From Octopus vulgaris (taxonomy: Eukaryota), in assembly GCA_951406725.2 (NCBI GenBank), contig OX597817.1, forward strand, positions 87,668,001 through 87,732,000: a stretch of DNA of 64,000 nucleotides, in the 5' to 3' direction. Shown piece by piece: positions 52,771 through 64,000 of this stretch. Numbering within the stretch: the stretch's first letter is position 1; every line of letters begins with the position of its first letter. Made by a program: the position numbers and the translations under genes. The notes under the pieces were generated by a model. That model searched no databases and was not told the DNA's origin. It worked only from the letters and a program-made list of their open reading frames with translations.

Positions 52771-53745
52771 TAGCTCCAAGAAAGAAATGCTTTATTAGAT
52801 AAAAAAATTGTCTTTTCCTACGAACATAAGAAAGGAAATGAGATGAAGGAGTGAAGGCGTGAAGTAAGCGAAAGTACAATATGATTACAGTTAGTTGAAG
52901 GGTTAGAAGGTCCATGGCCACTTCGCCACTTGCACCTTTGACTTGAGACATAAAATCTCCAGATTCTTCTTTCTCCCTCTCTCTCCTCTCTTTCATACGC
53001 GCATGGTCTCTGTGGTGTTGACATAGGACATATGTAACTACATTCACTGTTATCATGTTGATACTATTACTGTTGTTGCAAACTGGTTATTCAAAGGTTT
53101 GTGAGTTAGCAGTACTGTTGATTGTATTAGTGTTTGGTGTTGGGTATATTGGTAGTGGTGGTGGTGGTCATGTTCTTGATTGCAGTGTTGTCGCTGTTTA
53201 ATCCCAAGTCAATCTTCAATGACCTGAAATTGAAAAAATAAAAAGTTTCATTCAACTTTTTATATGTATTAACGTGGCACAGTATCTCATGTCACTGTCT
53301 TTTATTATAGAAGTAGCTCATCTTCTTCATACGAATGTTATTATTGTTGGTTATTAAAGAGCTGATGTGTTGGTGATGGCTGTGATAGTGTTGATTTTGG
53401 TGTTAATGGTTGTTGAGTCAGTGACGATGAGATTTAAAGGCGAAATTGAAGGCTGAGAGATAAATTAGATGGATACTCATTGTAGCTGAAGAAAATATAC
53501 ACAAACACAGACACATATTTCGTGGTGAAAAATTCTACCCCACACTTGATAAAGTTTTTACAGTGATGCCCACACACATGTACCAGCCTTTTGGCTGAGA
53601 AGAAAGTTGAAATTTTTTTATTATTAAAATTCATTCAAGTTTCCGAGCGGGCGATGTTCTAACTATATACCGAAATTGGTGATCATAACTTTACATTTTC
53701 CATAAGTGCCAAATTCTGTAAATTGTGACGGCCGTGATACGAAAG

Positions 53746-53823
<78 letters not shown>

Positions 53824-53842
53824 CAGCTGCTATAGTTGGATT

Positions 53843-54142
53843 GGTACTACTTAAGACGAGTGGTCCCGGTGCGCGCACTCGCGTACTCGCGCATCTGCTC
53901 TAGCTAGTCGATCTTTACTTTGTGTTTTATTTACTTTGTTTAAAAAAATTATTTACTTTGTGTTTTTTGTTTTATTTACTTTGTTTTAAAAAAAATATTT
54001 ACTTTGTGTAAAAAAATGATTTATTTTGTGTTTTATTTACTTTGCCAGGTAGTCGTTGTAGGATCGACTAGTCACGACTATCTAGCGTGGATGCGTGAGT
54101 ACGCGAGTGCGCGCACAGGGACCACTCTTCTTAAGTAGTACC
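53843..54142. mobile_element. Merlin-like MITE
   Basis: ~70-bp imperfect TIRs GGTACTACTTAAGA...TCTTAAGTAGTACC; 8-bp TSD gttggatt/attggatt (one mismatch); internal tttactttg repeats. Confidence 0.75.
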
Positions 54143-55724
54143 ATTGGATTTTTATTTTTGGCTTGTTTTCTTTGTTTTCTTACTGATAACGTCGTTTTCG
54201 ACAGAAGGTTCCATCGTGTGTGTGCGCGCTATTGTTCCTTTATTTACACGGTAGATTAACCATGCAAATCGATGCAGATATGTTTGTAATAATACATTAG
54301 TTTAGAATCACATACGCACACAAAGTTTAATTTTTTTTTAATGGGAGCAACTGTATAATGTAGATTGCGTGCTGTTGAAGCTTAAAATATATAAATATGT
54401 CAAAATAAAATAGCGAAAACTGATAAAGTTACTGAAATTGGTAACAAGCCAAGGTGAGGAGAAGGATTCGAAACTTCAGCAAAACTGTCTTTTTTCTAAA
54501 TTTTATCAGCATAATTGTAATCTACATTCTTGAAAATGTATCTCTGCAAAGTTCCCTTCAAAAATATACATTTTCCAGAAAGTTATGGAGAAATAACAAC
54601 CAGAGGGGCACTAATGTGTAATTATACACTATAAGGTTGTTTTTTTTTAACTTTCGCAAATAATGGCCAATTTCAAGGGAAGTAACTGTTATTAAACTTG
54701 TTCAAGTTTCCGATAAATCTATACTTTTGTGAAAATATTAATATTTCCTTGTGTATTAAATATTTTAAAAAGAAACGGTTAGATTTTATTTTTAATAAAT
54801 AGAATTATTAATAAACTTTAAAAATGAAAGTTTCGTACAAACAGCAATAAGTTACTAAGCAGCAGCAAACGTAAACAATATGGTGGTTCTATTGATTGTT
54901 GATGTGTGAGACAAGCAACTGTTGCTATCGGTGAAAAAAAAATACCTTTCTATTTTAAACTTCGAAACCAACTTATAATCACAAATTTATCAAAATAATA
55001 TATACCAATTTTAGAGGGAAAAAATCAAATTTTTGGAACGAAGTTGTTTCTTAAGTAACTTCGTTATTAATCTTCGCAAGAAACGTCCTAGCAATGTAAT
55101 TAATTTCTTTGTAAGTTATTTCTTTAAAACTTCAAAGTCGTTTTTCTTTTCTAAAATTCCATTGAATTCTATGTTGTGTACTCGCTGTGCTGTGTTTAAT
55201 ATATTTCTTTTCAGAATTGATTTTCCACGGAACATTTTTTCCTTAATAACTAAGCGGTTCTGTAATATTGTTTTATATTATAAACCTAATTAGTTATTAA
55301 ATGAAACAAGCAAAATATACACGTGCCGCTTTTAACTTATTCCAGTAACAGCCATTTCGTTACTCCTGCCTGTTATAACAATAGTTACCGCTGCAATTAC
55401 ACTCTACAGTGTACCTTCAGAACACCATTTATTTACTACGTGCTTCCATTCATATCAAGAGTATTTAGTTTGAATTCACTGCTGTTCTGAAAGAGCACTA
55501 GCTGGATATTAATTAGAATGATCTGTATCAATAATTCCACGCTGCTCAGAAATAACGGTCAATAAGCAGTCGGCAACATTCACTTCAACGAAACCCCTGC
55601 CATCATATTTGGTCAGTATATTTTTCCCTAACATTTGTGGTCAGCAGCAATCATTTCAACAGCTGATATAGTTGATGCTAACATATGCAGTGGGCCAACA
55701 AATTTTAATTAATTATAAGTATGA

Positions 55725-55732
55725 TGACGTCA
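55725..55732. promoter_or_regulatory. CRE palindrome TGACGTCA in a candidate promoter region
   Basis: Exact octamer in repeat-free sequence just before CpG decay begins; function not shown. Confidence 0.25.
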
Positions 55733-56517
55733 ACGACTCGTTAGTTTAATGATCAATTCTGGTGAAGAAAGGCAAGGCAGACAACTCGTGAAATTAAAGC
55801 CGGAGGTTGTGCAATGAAATTGGAAGTGATTCTGATTTTGACAGTAACGTGAGATAAGTGTAATTCTGTTTCAGACTTATTACAACTCCTCAACAAAGTA
55901 TCTTCCTTATTAGTATTGCCAGATAAAAAATATTTATATATGAAATCATTTAACTTCCACTTTCCCATGCTTATCTGCATCAAAGCGAGTTTAAGGCAGA
56001 TTTTCTATGGCCAGATGCCCTTCCTGTAGCCAACCCTCACATGTTTCCAAATAAGGTAATATTTGCTCCATGACCATACATATTTACATAGAATATTGAA
56101 AATGTCAATGCTGTGACATTCATTTACAATTATGTAATGTCAAAACAAGGAGACATATACATGTACACACGCACACATACATATATATAGAGAGAGGGAG
56201 GGGCCAAAATTCATGCACCAAATATTTGACATTAATATTATTACTATTATTCATTTTGTTCATCATGTACAAGTACACTTGTATGCATCATTATTTTATT
56301 CATTTTATTCACTTTTAGAAAAATTGAAGCATGTCTTATACACATAAGACAAGGTTCTTCCAGTTTCTGCCTGCCAAATCTACTCACAAGGTTGGCCTGG
56401 GTCTACAGTAGAAGACACTTGCACAAGGTATCATGTAATGGGACTGAACCCAGAACCATGTCATCATTCAGAAAAAATTTTCTTGCCTCACACACACAAA
56501 CATATACACACACACAA

Positions 56518-56601
<84 letters not shown>

Positions 56602-56679
56602 ATATATATATATTATATATATATATATATGGCTGTGAGGTAATATATATATATATATACACACATGCACACACCATTA

Positions 56680-56815
56680 TCATCATTATTTTTTAACATC
56701 TGTTTTCCATGCTGGCATGGGTTGGATGGTTTGCCCAGAGCTGGGAAGCTACACAAGGTTCTGGTCTGATTTGGCTTGGTTTCTACAGCTGCATGCCCTT
56801 CCTAATGCTAAACAC
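56680..56815 (-). mobile_element. Retroposon 3' end with (ATG)n tail (RTE-like tail family)
   Basis: tttaacatctgttttccatgctggcatgggttgga...ttctacagctg.atgcccttcctaatgc. Other copies at ~55995-56040, 58175-58285, 62322-62450, 62455-62612 and 62763-62897. Confidence 0.75.
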
Positions 56816-57043
56816 TTTATAGTGTGTGCTGAGTGCTTTTAACATACCTTTGGCACAAGTGATTTTACATGGTACTGACACAGGTGCCTTTTATGTGACT
56901 CTGACACAAGCATTTTTTACATGGCACCAGCACAGAACTCTTGCAGGTCAATCCTCTTCACCAGGGGATGTTGCCTTAACACTTCCTCTGTAGAGGATGG
57001 ATCTTCTTATATTGTTAATAAATGCTTTGAGATAAGAGATTAA

Positions 57044-57257
57044 CCCCTTAGCATTAAAATTCATCTGCCAAATGTAATGCTTATTTATTCACATTGTTTT
57101 GAATTAATCCTGTATTATCATGTTCGAGATTTCAGATGCATTCTTTATTCTTTAGAATGACATTGTAGGGTAGGTGTGAGAGGCTGGATCTGGTTAGTTT
57201 GAACATAAAACAGGCAGAATGTTTGGGCCTACTGAGGCCAGTTTAAATGCTAAAGGG
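57044..57257. mobile_element. piggyBac-type MITE
   Basis: TTAA|ccccttagcatt...aatgctaaaggg|TTAA. Confidence 0.88.
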
Positions 57258-57647
57258 TTAAAAGAAAAATTGAGTGGGTGGGAATACCCAGGGGCACTCT
57301 CTATAAGAAAACTAAATTATAAGGTTACAACTAGCATACTGAATATAATGATACAAGAAACTTAATTATTACAATTTTGGTGATGAAGAGAAAGGATCTT
57401 AAGTTTATAGATGAATTATGGATAAGAAAAGCATAGGAATAACCTCAAAATTTGAATTTATGGAAATCAATTAAAATTAGAATGTGGTGAGACAAAATAT
57501 AAAATACCACTACAGTATGTTAACACCAACTTTATTATTTGGCTTGAATGCAGAGTGTATCTCTGGGTGTAATGTTAGTGTTTCTCTGTTGCCCATTCCA
57601 GGCTCAAAGGAGAACTATGAAGTAATGAGATAACTGTCAATTCTACT

Positions 57648-58120
57648 GGTGCAGGCATGGTTGTGTTGTTAAGAATTTTGCTTCCCAACCTCCTGATTTC
57701 AGGTTCAGTTCCACTGCACAGCACCTTGAGCAAGTATCTTCCACTATAGCTCTGAACTAACCAAAGCTTTGTGAATGTATTTGGTAGACAGAAACTAAAA
57801 GAAGCCCATCACATATATGTATATACAAGTTTGTATCTCCTTGTCTTGACATCACATAATGTTGGAAATGAATGTCATTAATTGTCAATATTGTGTGAAA
57901 ACATGGTGGTAAGCTGGCAGAATTGTTACCACACCGGCCAAAATGTTTAGCAGCATTTCGTCTGTCTTTATGTTGTGAGTTCAAACGCTACCAGGGTCGA
58001 CTTTGCTTTTCATCCTTTCAAGGTCAGTAAAATAAGTACAAGTTTAGCACTGGCGGGGTTGATGTAATCAACTTACCCCCTTGCCTGATGTTGCTGGCCT
58101 TGTGCCAAAATTTGAAGTCA
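57648..58120 (+). mobile_element. Family A SINE head followed by a family C SINE, both CpG-decayed
   Basis: ggtgcaggcatggttgtg...gcaccttgagcaagtatctt; then aagctggcagaattgtta...gagttcaaa...gtcgactttgcttttcatcc. Confidence 0.8.
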
Positions 58121-58629
58121 ATATTTTGTGCAAACATGTTTGGCTATGGGGAAAATATTACCTAGCTTAGAAGCAGGTAAGGTTTAGCAACAGGAAGGGC
58201 ATCCAGCTATAGAAATTTTGCCTCAGTAAACTCCATCCAATCCCTACAAGCATGGAGAAAGGCAGATGTTAAAATAATGATGATATATAGTAGTGTCACT
58301 ATTTACAGGTGTCCCCTACATTAACATTTGATTCTCATTAACAAATATATGACTCTCTAGAAAGTGAAATCTAGATAGTATATGGACACAATATGGTAGT
58401 ATAGTAATTATGAGTCTTTAACCAAGAGAGTTACTGTGACATGAAAAGAATAATAGTCTTGTGTTAATTTTAATAGCAAGTGAGAGATTTTGGCTTAGTA
58501 TTAAAGTGATTTTTTTCCTTTTATTTGTTTGTTGCAAGTATAATTCCATATATATTATCTAAAACTCTGAAGACAGTTTCCAACTTCAGAGTGCAATTTT
58601 AGACAACACCAAAACAATTGCTATAATTA

Positions 58630-58840
58630 TTGGTTTCAAAGTTTGGCACAATTCCCCAGCAATTTTGGGGAGGGGTTAAGTCGAATAGACCAACCCCAGC
58701 ACCTGATTGATTTTATCAACTCTGAAACAATTAAAAGCAAAGTGGACCTCAGCAGAATTTGAACTCAGAACATAAAAACGGATGAAATGTGCTAAGTATA
58801 TTCCCAGCTTGCTAATGATTCTGCCAGCTTGTCACCTTAA
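58630..58840 (-). mobile_element. Family C SINE
   Basis: Matches 47760-47958, with CpG-type transitions. Confidence 0.8.
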
Positions 58841-59937
58841 TTGCTATAATTATTAAAAAGAAAAAAAGACTCTATGAATTTACAACCAAAATACTCAGTC
58901 ATTAAAAAAATTAGGCTTTACAATCCTAGAACTGCACCTCAAAAACTAGGTTTCTTCTTCAAGACTCAGAAATATTAAGCTTTAATTAGTAATTGAAAAT
59001 CCCACATACTTTGAAATGGTGCAGACTTCTACACACAGACATTCAAAACAACATCCTAAAGAAAGCCATTTGACTGACTGACATACATTCACCAACATGT
59101 TACTACCATTAGCTCATTAGTTGTACCCTCCTCTACTACTACCACTACTATTGCTACTACTACTACTACTACTACTGTAACAACTTCCTGATCCTGACCA
59201 CCTCTACCCTTGCTCATCAAACAACACATCATCTTCCTCTTCTTGTTATCATTAGTGTGTTCAACTAACTCAACCCTTTACCAACACTTGTTTCTTAATT
59301 CTTTCTGTCTAAATTTGCATCCCTCTAGAATTCCCTTATGTTCTCTCTATTAGGCATTGAGTTACTGAAGTTCAGACAGACATTCACTAATCAATCTCAT
59401 GAAGAGCAGAGGTGGGGATGTTCACAAAGGTCAAAAGCACTACTTCTCCTTCACCTAATTGCTAATAAAAAAAAAGTTAATTTTAATATTTTTGCTATTT
59501 TATAGTATTCTTTATTGGGTGTGTTCTTGAATTATTTATACTTAAATTGTTTCTCGGGATATCTAGTAAGGGGCTAATAAGAAAACCACTGAATGTAAAG
59601 GATTTGTTATTCTATACAATATGTCTACCTTAGGAAATCCACTATCAGTGTACTGTTTCATAAGATTCCTGTCATAAATAATAATAATAATGATAATATA
59701 TACAGAGGTAAACATGTTTTACAGGAAAATCATGCAGGAATTTTACCATCATGTGGACATCTTTTGCCAAAGTGACTCCTAAGCATTTCTTAATATAACT
59801 GGATTTTCTAAGGTGCGAACTGGCAGAATTATTAGTGTGTCAGGCAATATGCTTAGCAGCAGTTTATCTGACTTTATATTATGAGTTCAAATCCTATTGA
59901 GGTCAACTTTGCCTTTCATCCTTTCAATAAAATAAAT

Positions 59938-60520
59938 ATAAGGGGTGTTCATTAAAGATTTCTTCCAACCCACTTTCCAAGGGCTGGGATAAACAAAACT
60001 TGACTTAATTATTAGTCTTTCTCTACATAGCCACCACTAATGGTGACACACTTCTCCCGTTGCTTTATGCAGCTATGAAGACCTCATCTGTAGAAGTCAG
60101 TAGGTTGTGTCTGGAGCCAAGACCTTACCTCAGAAATAAGATCATCATCTGAAAAGTGCTTCCCCTTCAAAGAAGACTTCATTGTTGGAAAGAGGTGGAA
60201 GTTATATGGTGTGAGGTTAGGAGAGTAAGGGGGATGAGGAAGGATTTTATATCCACAGGAGTGTGCTTTGATTTGGGCAACATGCACATTGTGAACTGGG
60301 GCATTATCTTGAAGGAAGCAGACTCCTTTTGTCAGTATACCATGCCTCTCTACTACGATGGCATCTTGCAATTTCTGCAGTAGAGAAGCATAATATACCC
60401 TGTTAATTGTGGTGTCCTTTGCCAGAAAATCCTTCATCACTACTCCATGCTGGTCTCAAAAGACTGAGAATCACCTTGCCTGCTGACAGTTGGACACGAG
60501 CCTTCTTAGGAAGGTGAAAC
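59938..60520 (-). mobile_element. Mariner transposon 3' remnant
   Basis: LQDNAPVH ... LPHPPYSPNLTPYNFHLFP (YSPDL motif); TIR-like aggggtgttcattaaagatt next to TA. Confidence 0.88.
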
Positions 60521-61388
60521 TCAAAGAAGACCAGGAGCAAAATGCTGTGCTAGAGAAAACTTGTCCAACCCTTACAAGCTTTATAAATTGGACATAGAGG
60601 TAGTGTACTGCATTAGATAATTCTCACCTGTATATCCTAATGCATTGTGATGTAAGATGTGGTCACACTATAAAATAATGAGTGTTTAGTTTGCTGTAAT
60701 ACTGAGCTCAATTCCTGCTAAGTGCATGTTACTCATTGTCAAGTTTTGGACATTAGGCTAACAATTGATGCATATAAACACAAAATTCCTATTGACATTG
60801 ATATTATAAATGAAGATACTGGGCTGTGTATACCTCAATCTACTTGGTGTATGAGTGAAACTTTCTAAATAAATATGGTCAGGTGATTTGTTTTGGCTCT
60901 TAAAATTAAGATATAGACAGACATGTCCAGTTCATTGCTGTTGTGTTAGTCCCACTCAGTACTATCTAGCTTGATCTATGACAGGGAGGAGCAATTCATT
61001 AACTGTCATTCAGTGTTTTGACACTTTTATGTAATGAATGGATATGGGTGGGGCAACTAATTGCTACTTTCATTATATTACCTGATCTATTTTTGCATGA
61101 AGCAAAATTGTCATGGCAGTTATAATTCAAGATATAGCTTGTTTTTCTGTGAGCACTTTATAAAAATCATTGTACATCCACTTTCCATACTGTCTTGGAT
61201 AGAGTGGTTTGACAGAGTTCAACAGATCTTCCTCCATTGTCTAATTTTTCACATAGTTTCTAGTGTTATATACCCTTTCTAATTCCAACTACTTTACTGG
61301 GTGTTCTGAATGCATTTTTATGTAGTAACACCACTAGAGATTACCTTGTTTTCTGTCATAAACTGACACAGATACTACTAGCCTTTAA

Positions 61389-61604
61389 CCCTTTAGCATT
61401 CAGATTGCTCTGTTAAATATAATGCTTTGCAATCCATTGTTTTGAATTAGTCATGCATTATCTCATAGCTTTGGACTTTTGATGATATGATTGTTTAGTT
61501 TTAGAATATCACTGTAGGTTAGTTGTAAGAGATTAGATAAGCCTAGTAGGAATGTCAAACATGTAGAATATTTGGGCCAGATATGGCCAGTTTAAACACT
61601 AGAG
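61389..61604. mobile_element. piggyBac-type MITE (same family as 57044)
   Basis: TTAA|ccctttagcatt ... degenerate right end|TTAA; body collinear with the 57044 copy. Confidence 0.8.
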
Positions 61605-62321
61605 TTAAAATTCAAGTGGTAAACATCTAAACATCCCAAGTTGAAATCTCAGTTGTCCCTTGGCCCTTTCACATATTCAGAGTGTTATGGTCCAGAATAA
61701 TGTTACACTAACACTGAATTTATGCACTGGATCATTAGAATAGCAAAACAAAATAGTCAAACCAATAAGTAGATCCTTTCCAATACATATTAACTTTGCC
61801 AGCCCATGGATGCTGTTAACAGAATTCACTCTGATTACATTTGAGTTAGATCACCAATCTAAATAACTTATCTCAGAAACCTTGGGGAAAAGGTGGTGGG
61901 ATGCTGCTCTCTAACTAAGCCATAGTAACAAAGAAATAAAATCAAAATGTTCCATTCACTACATTCACCTCTGCACTCATCTCTAATTGTCACTCTCCTC
62001 TCACACTCCAATGAATCTATCCACCCGCCTCCCAATCCTCTGTCCTTAATCTCTCTTTCACTCACTTTTTGGTAGCTTGAGACTACCAACTCTAACACCT
62101 CCTTATCACCTTCAGCTGTCTTTCCAGCTACTCCCACTATAATGCAAGGTAGCCATATATCTCCTCTGTTGCAAAACACATGTACCTGTCACTCTATCAC
62201 ACATTAGCCTCTCAACACTTGGCCTAAAGCCACTTTCCTGTTTGTTACAACCCCGCTTTCAGTCAAGGGGGATGTTTCTTTGTCTTGCAAGTTACATGGT
62301 AACCTCTCTGCACACTGAGAG

Positions 62322-62897
62322 ATTGGCATTAGGAAGAGCATCAACTATGGAAGCCTTGCCAAAATAGACTCTCAAGATTAATGCATTCTTCTGGCTCATT
62401 GGATCCTATCAAATCATCCAACCCTTGCCAGCATGGAAGACAGTCATTGAACTGTCATCATCATCATCATCAATGACATTTAATGTCCATTTTCCATGCT
62501 GGCATGGGTTGGATGACTTGATAGGAACTGGCAAGGCCAGGGGCTGCACCAGGTTCCATAGTCTGTTTTGGCTTGGTTTCCATGGCTAGATGCCTTCCTA
62601 ATGTCAACCACTCCACAGAGTGTACAGGGTGCTTTTTATGTGGCACCATCTAAAGAAATTATTCAATATATAAGAAATTGTTGTGACTATGATGTTAACT
62701 GTTTAAATTCATAAATAAATAAATTTCCTTTTCTTAATTAGCCTTTCTCATCTCCCACCTTTTCATCATCATCATCATCATTTAACGTCCGTTTTCCATG
62801 CTAGCATGGGTTGGATGGTTTTACCGGGATCTAGGAAGCCAGGAGGCTGCACCAGGCTCCAGTCTGATCTGGCAGTGTTTCTACAGCTGGATGCCCA
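62322..62897. mobile_element. Cluster of three (ATG)n-tail-family retroposon 3' ends
   Basis: One + copy at 62322-62450 and two - copies at 62455-62612 and 62763-62897; the - copies abut (CAT)n. Confidence 0.75.
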
Positions 62898-63139
62898 TTC
62901 ATGAGTATTCATTCTGATGTGAGCACACACACACACATACAAATATTCACATACATATGCACATACATATTTTATTTCTTACATCAATGCATCACTTCCC
63001 TTGGTAAAATTTTCCCTTGTTTGCAAGTATGTATACTTTTATATATGTGTAGGTTTATGTACATAAGTGTAGATATTTGCTAAACTGCCCTTACTCTGTT
63101 GTAGCTCTTTAGCACCTTTTAGTGCACAATCGTTTTTAA

Positions 63140-63624
63140 CCCTTTAGTGTTCATATTACTCTGTCAAATAAGTTTATTTATTCATTGTTTTGAATTAATA
63201 ATCATGCATTATCTTGCAGCTTTGAGATTTTGAATGATGCAATTTTTTGTTCTTAGAATAAAGATGAAGTAAAGTTACCTTTGTGAGTCATAAAAACTCA
63301 AGGACCGGTTTCCCTGTTTCATGGCATATGTATTCCCCATCTGGACGGGATACTGGTCTGTCGCAGGATTGCTCATTTTTGCCAGCTGAGTGGACTGGAG
63401 CAACGTGGAATGAAATGTTTTACTCAAGAACACGTGTTGCCCAGTCCAGAAATTGAAACCACAACCTTACAATCATGAGTCCAATACCTTAACCACAAAG
63501 CCACACACCTCTACTTATTTCTTAGAATGGCATTGTGGGATAGGTGTAACAAGCCAGATCTGGCCAGTTTGAATATAAAACAGGTAGACTATTTGGGTCT
63601 GATATGGCCAGTTTAAATGCTAAA
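63140..63624. mobile_element. piggyBac-type MITE interrupted by a family B SINE (63260-63518, -)
   Basis: The MITE body resumes after the SINE; ttcttagaat is duplicated at 63250-63259 and 63519-63528. Confidence 0.82.
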
Positions 63625-63951
63625 CATTACTGCCCCTTTCTCCTACCCCTTCAGTGTTCCTACTAACACTCTTTCACTCTTTTATTATTTTCTCTTGCAC
63701 AATCTCTAAACCTCTTTGATCAGTGCACATACATCCCATAATACACAAATTTGTAAATCTTATATAACTATACAACTTAAAGACTTTCGATTTATGTAAC
63801 TTCTTACATTTTTTGTTATTATTAATTTCCTTTTTTTTTTTTTTACCAATTTTCCCTGTTCTTTTTTTCAATTTTTAAATAAAAACAACAATGCTAAAAA
63901 AATTTTTTTTTAAAAAGCAAGATTGGTATGTTTCGGTGTTATATTCTTCAG

Positions 63952-64000
63952 AAATGTTGTTAATTTTCAACTGAGTGTGAAGAGATGGCTGCACCAGCTG
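63952..64000 (+). CDS. Candidate host-gene exon with start codon (ATG at 63985, MAAPA...), running off the window
   Basis: Acceptor ttatattcttcAG at 63951; gagATGG context; only 5 codons visible. Confidence 0.35.

Overview
Repeat-dense, AT-rich animal genomic DNA. The SINE families and very long (TA)n, (CA)n and (TAA)n tracts suggest a cephalopod (Octopus-like); this is an inference. No complete host gene is visible. The only long intact ORF is a 5'-truncated R4/Dong-type RT+RLE retrotransposon (29841-32468, -) inserted in a (TAA)n tract. Other content: two more Dong-type 3' ends; a ~0.5-kb non-coding element found only in (TAA)n tracts; a 3'-truncated CR1-group LINE with a CCCH-finger ORF1; three non-autonomous Helitrons and decayed RepHel remnants; Tc1, mariner, Tigger, Chapaev3, piggyBac and Merlin-like DNA transposons or MITEs; a deleted Gypsy-like LTR element with an ORF1-only Tx1-like insert; and many tRNA-derived SINEs. 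Best leads: (i) the (TAA)n-targeted non-coding element as a possible Dong passenger, plus a conserved bulged 3' stem-loop; (ii) an ORF1-only Tx1-like element and a SINE sharing a 3' tail and a GGTATYT-like insertion site; (iii) a young 230-bp fold-back palindrome near degenerate hammerhead-like motifs; (iv) CpG decay starting at ~56 kb plus a splice acceptor and ATG at the window end, suggesting the first intron of a + strand host gene. All calls are by eye, without database searches.
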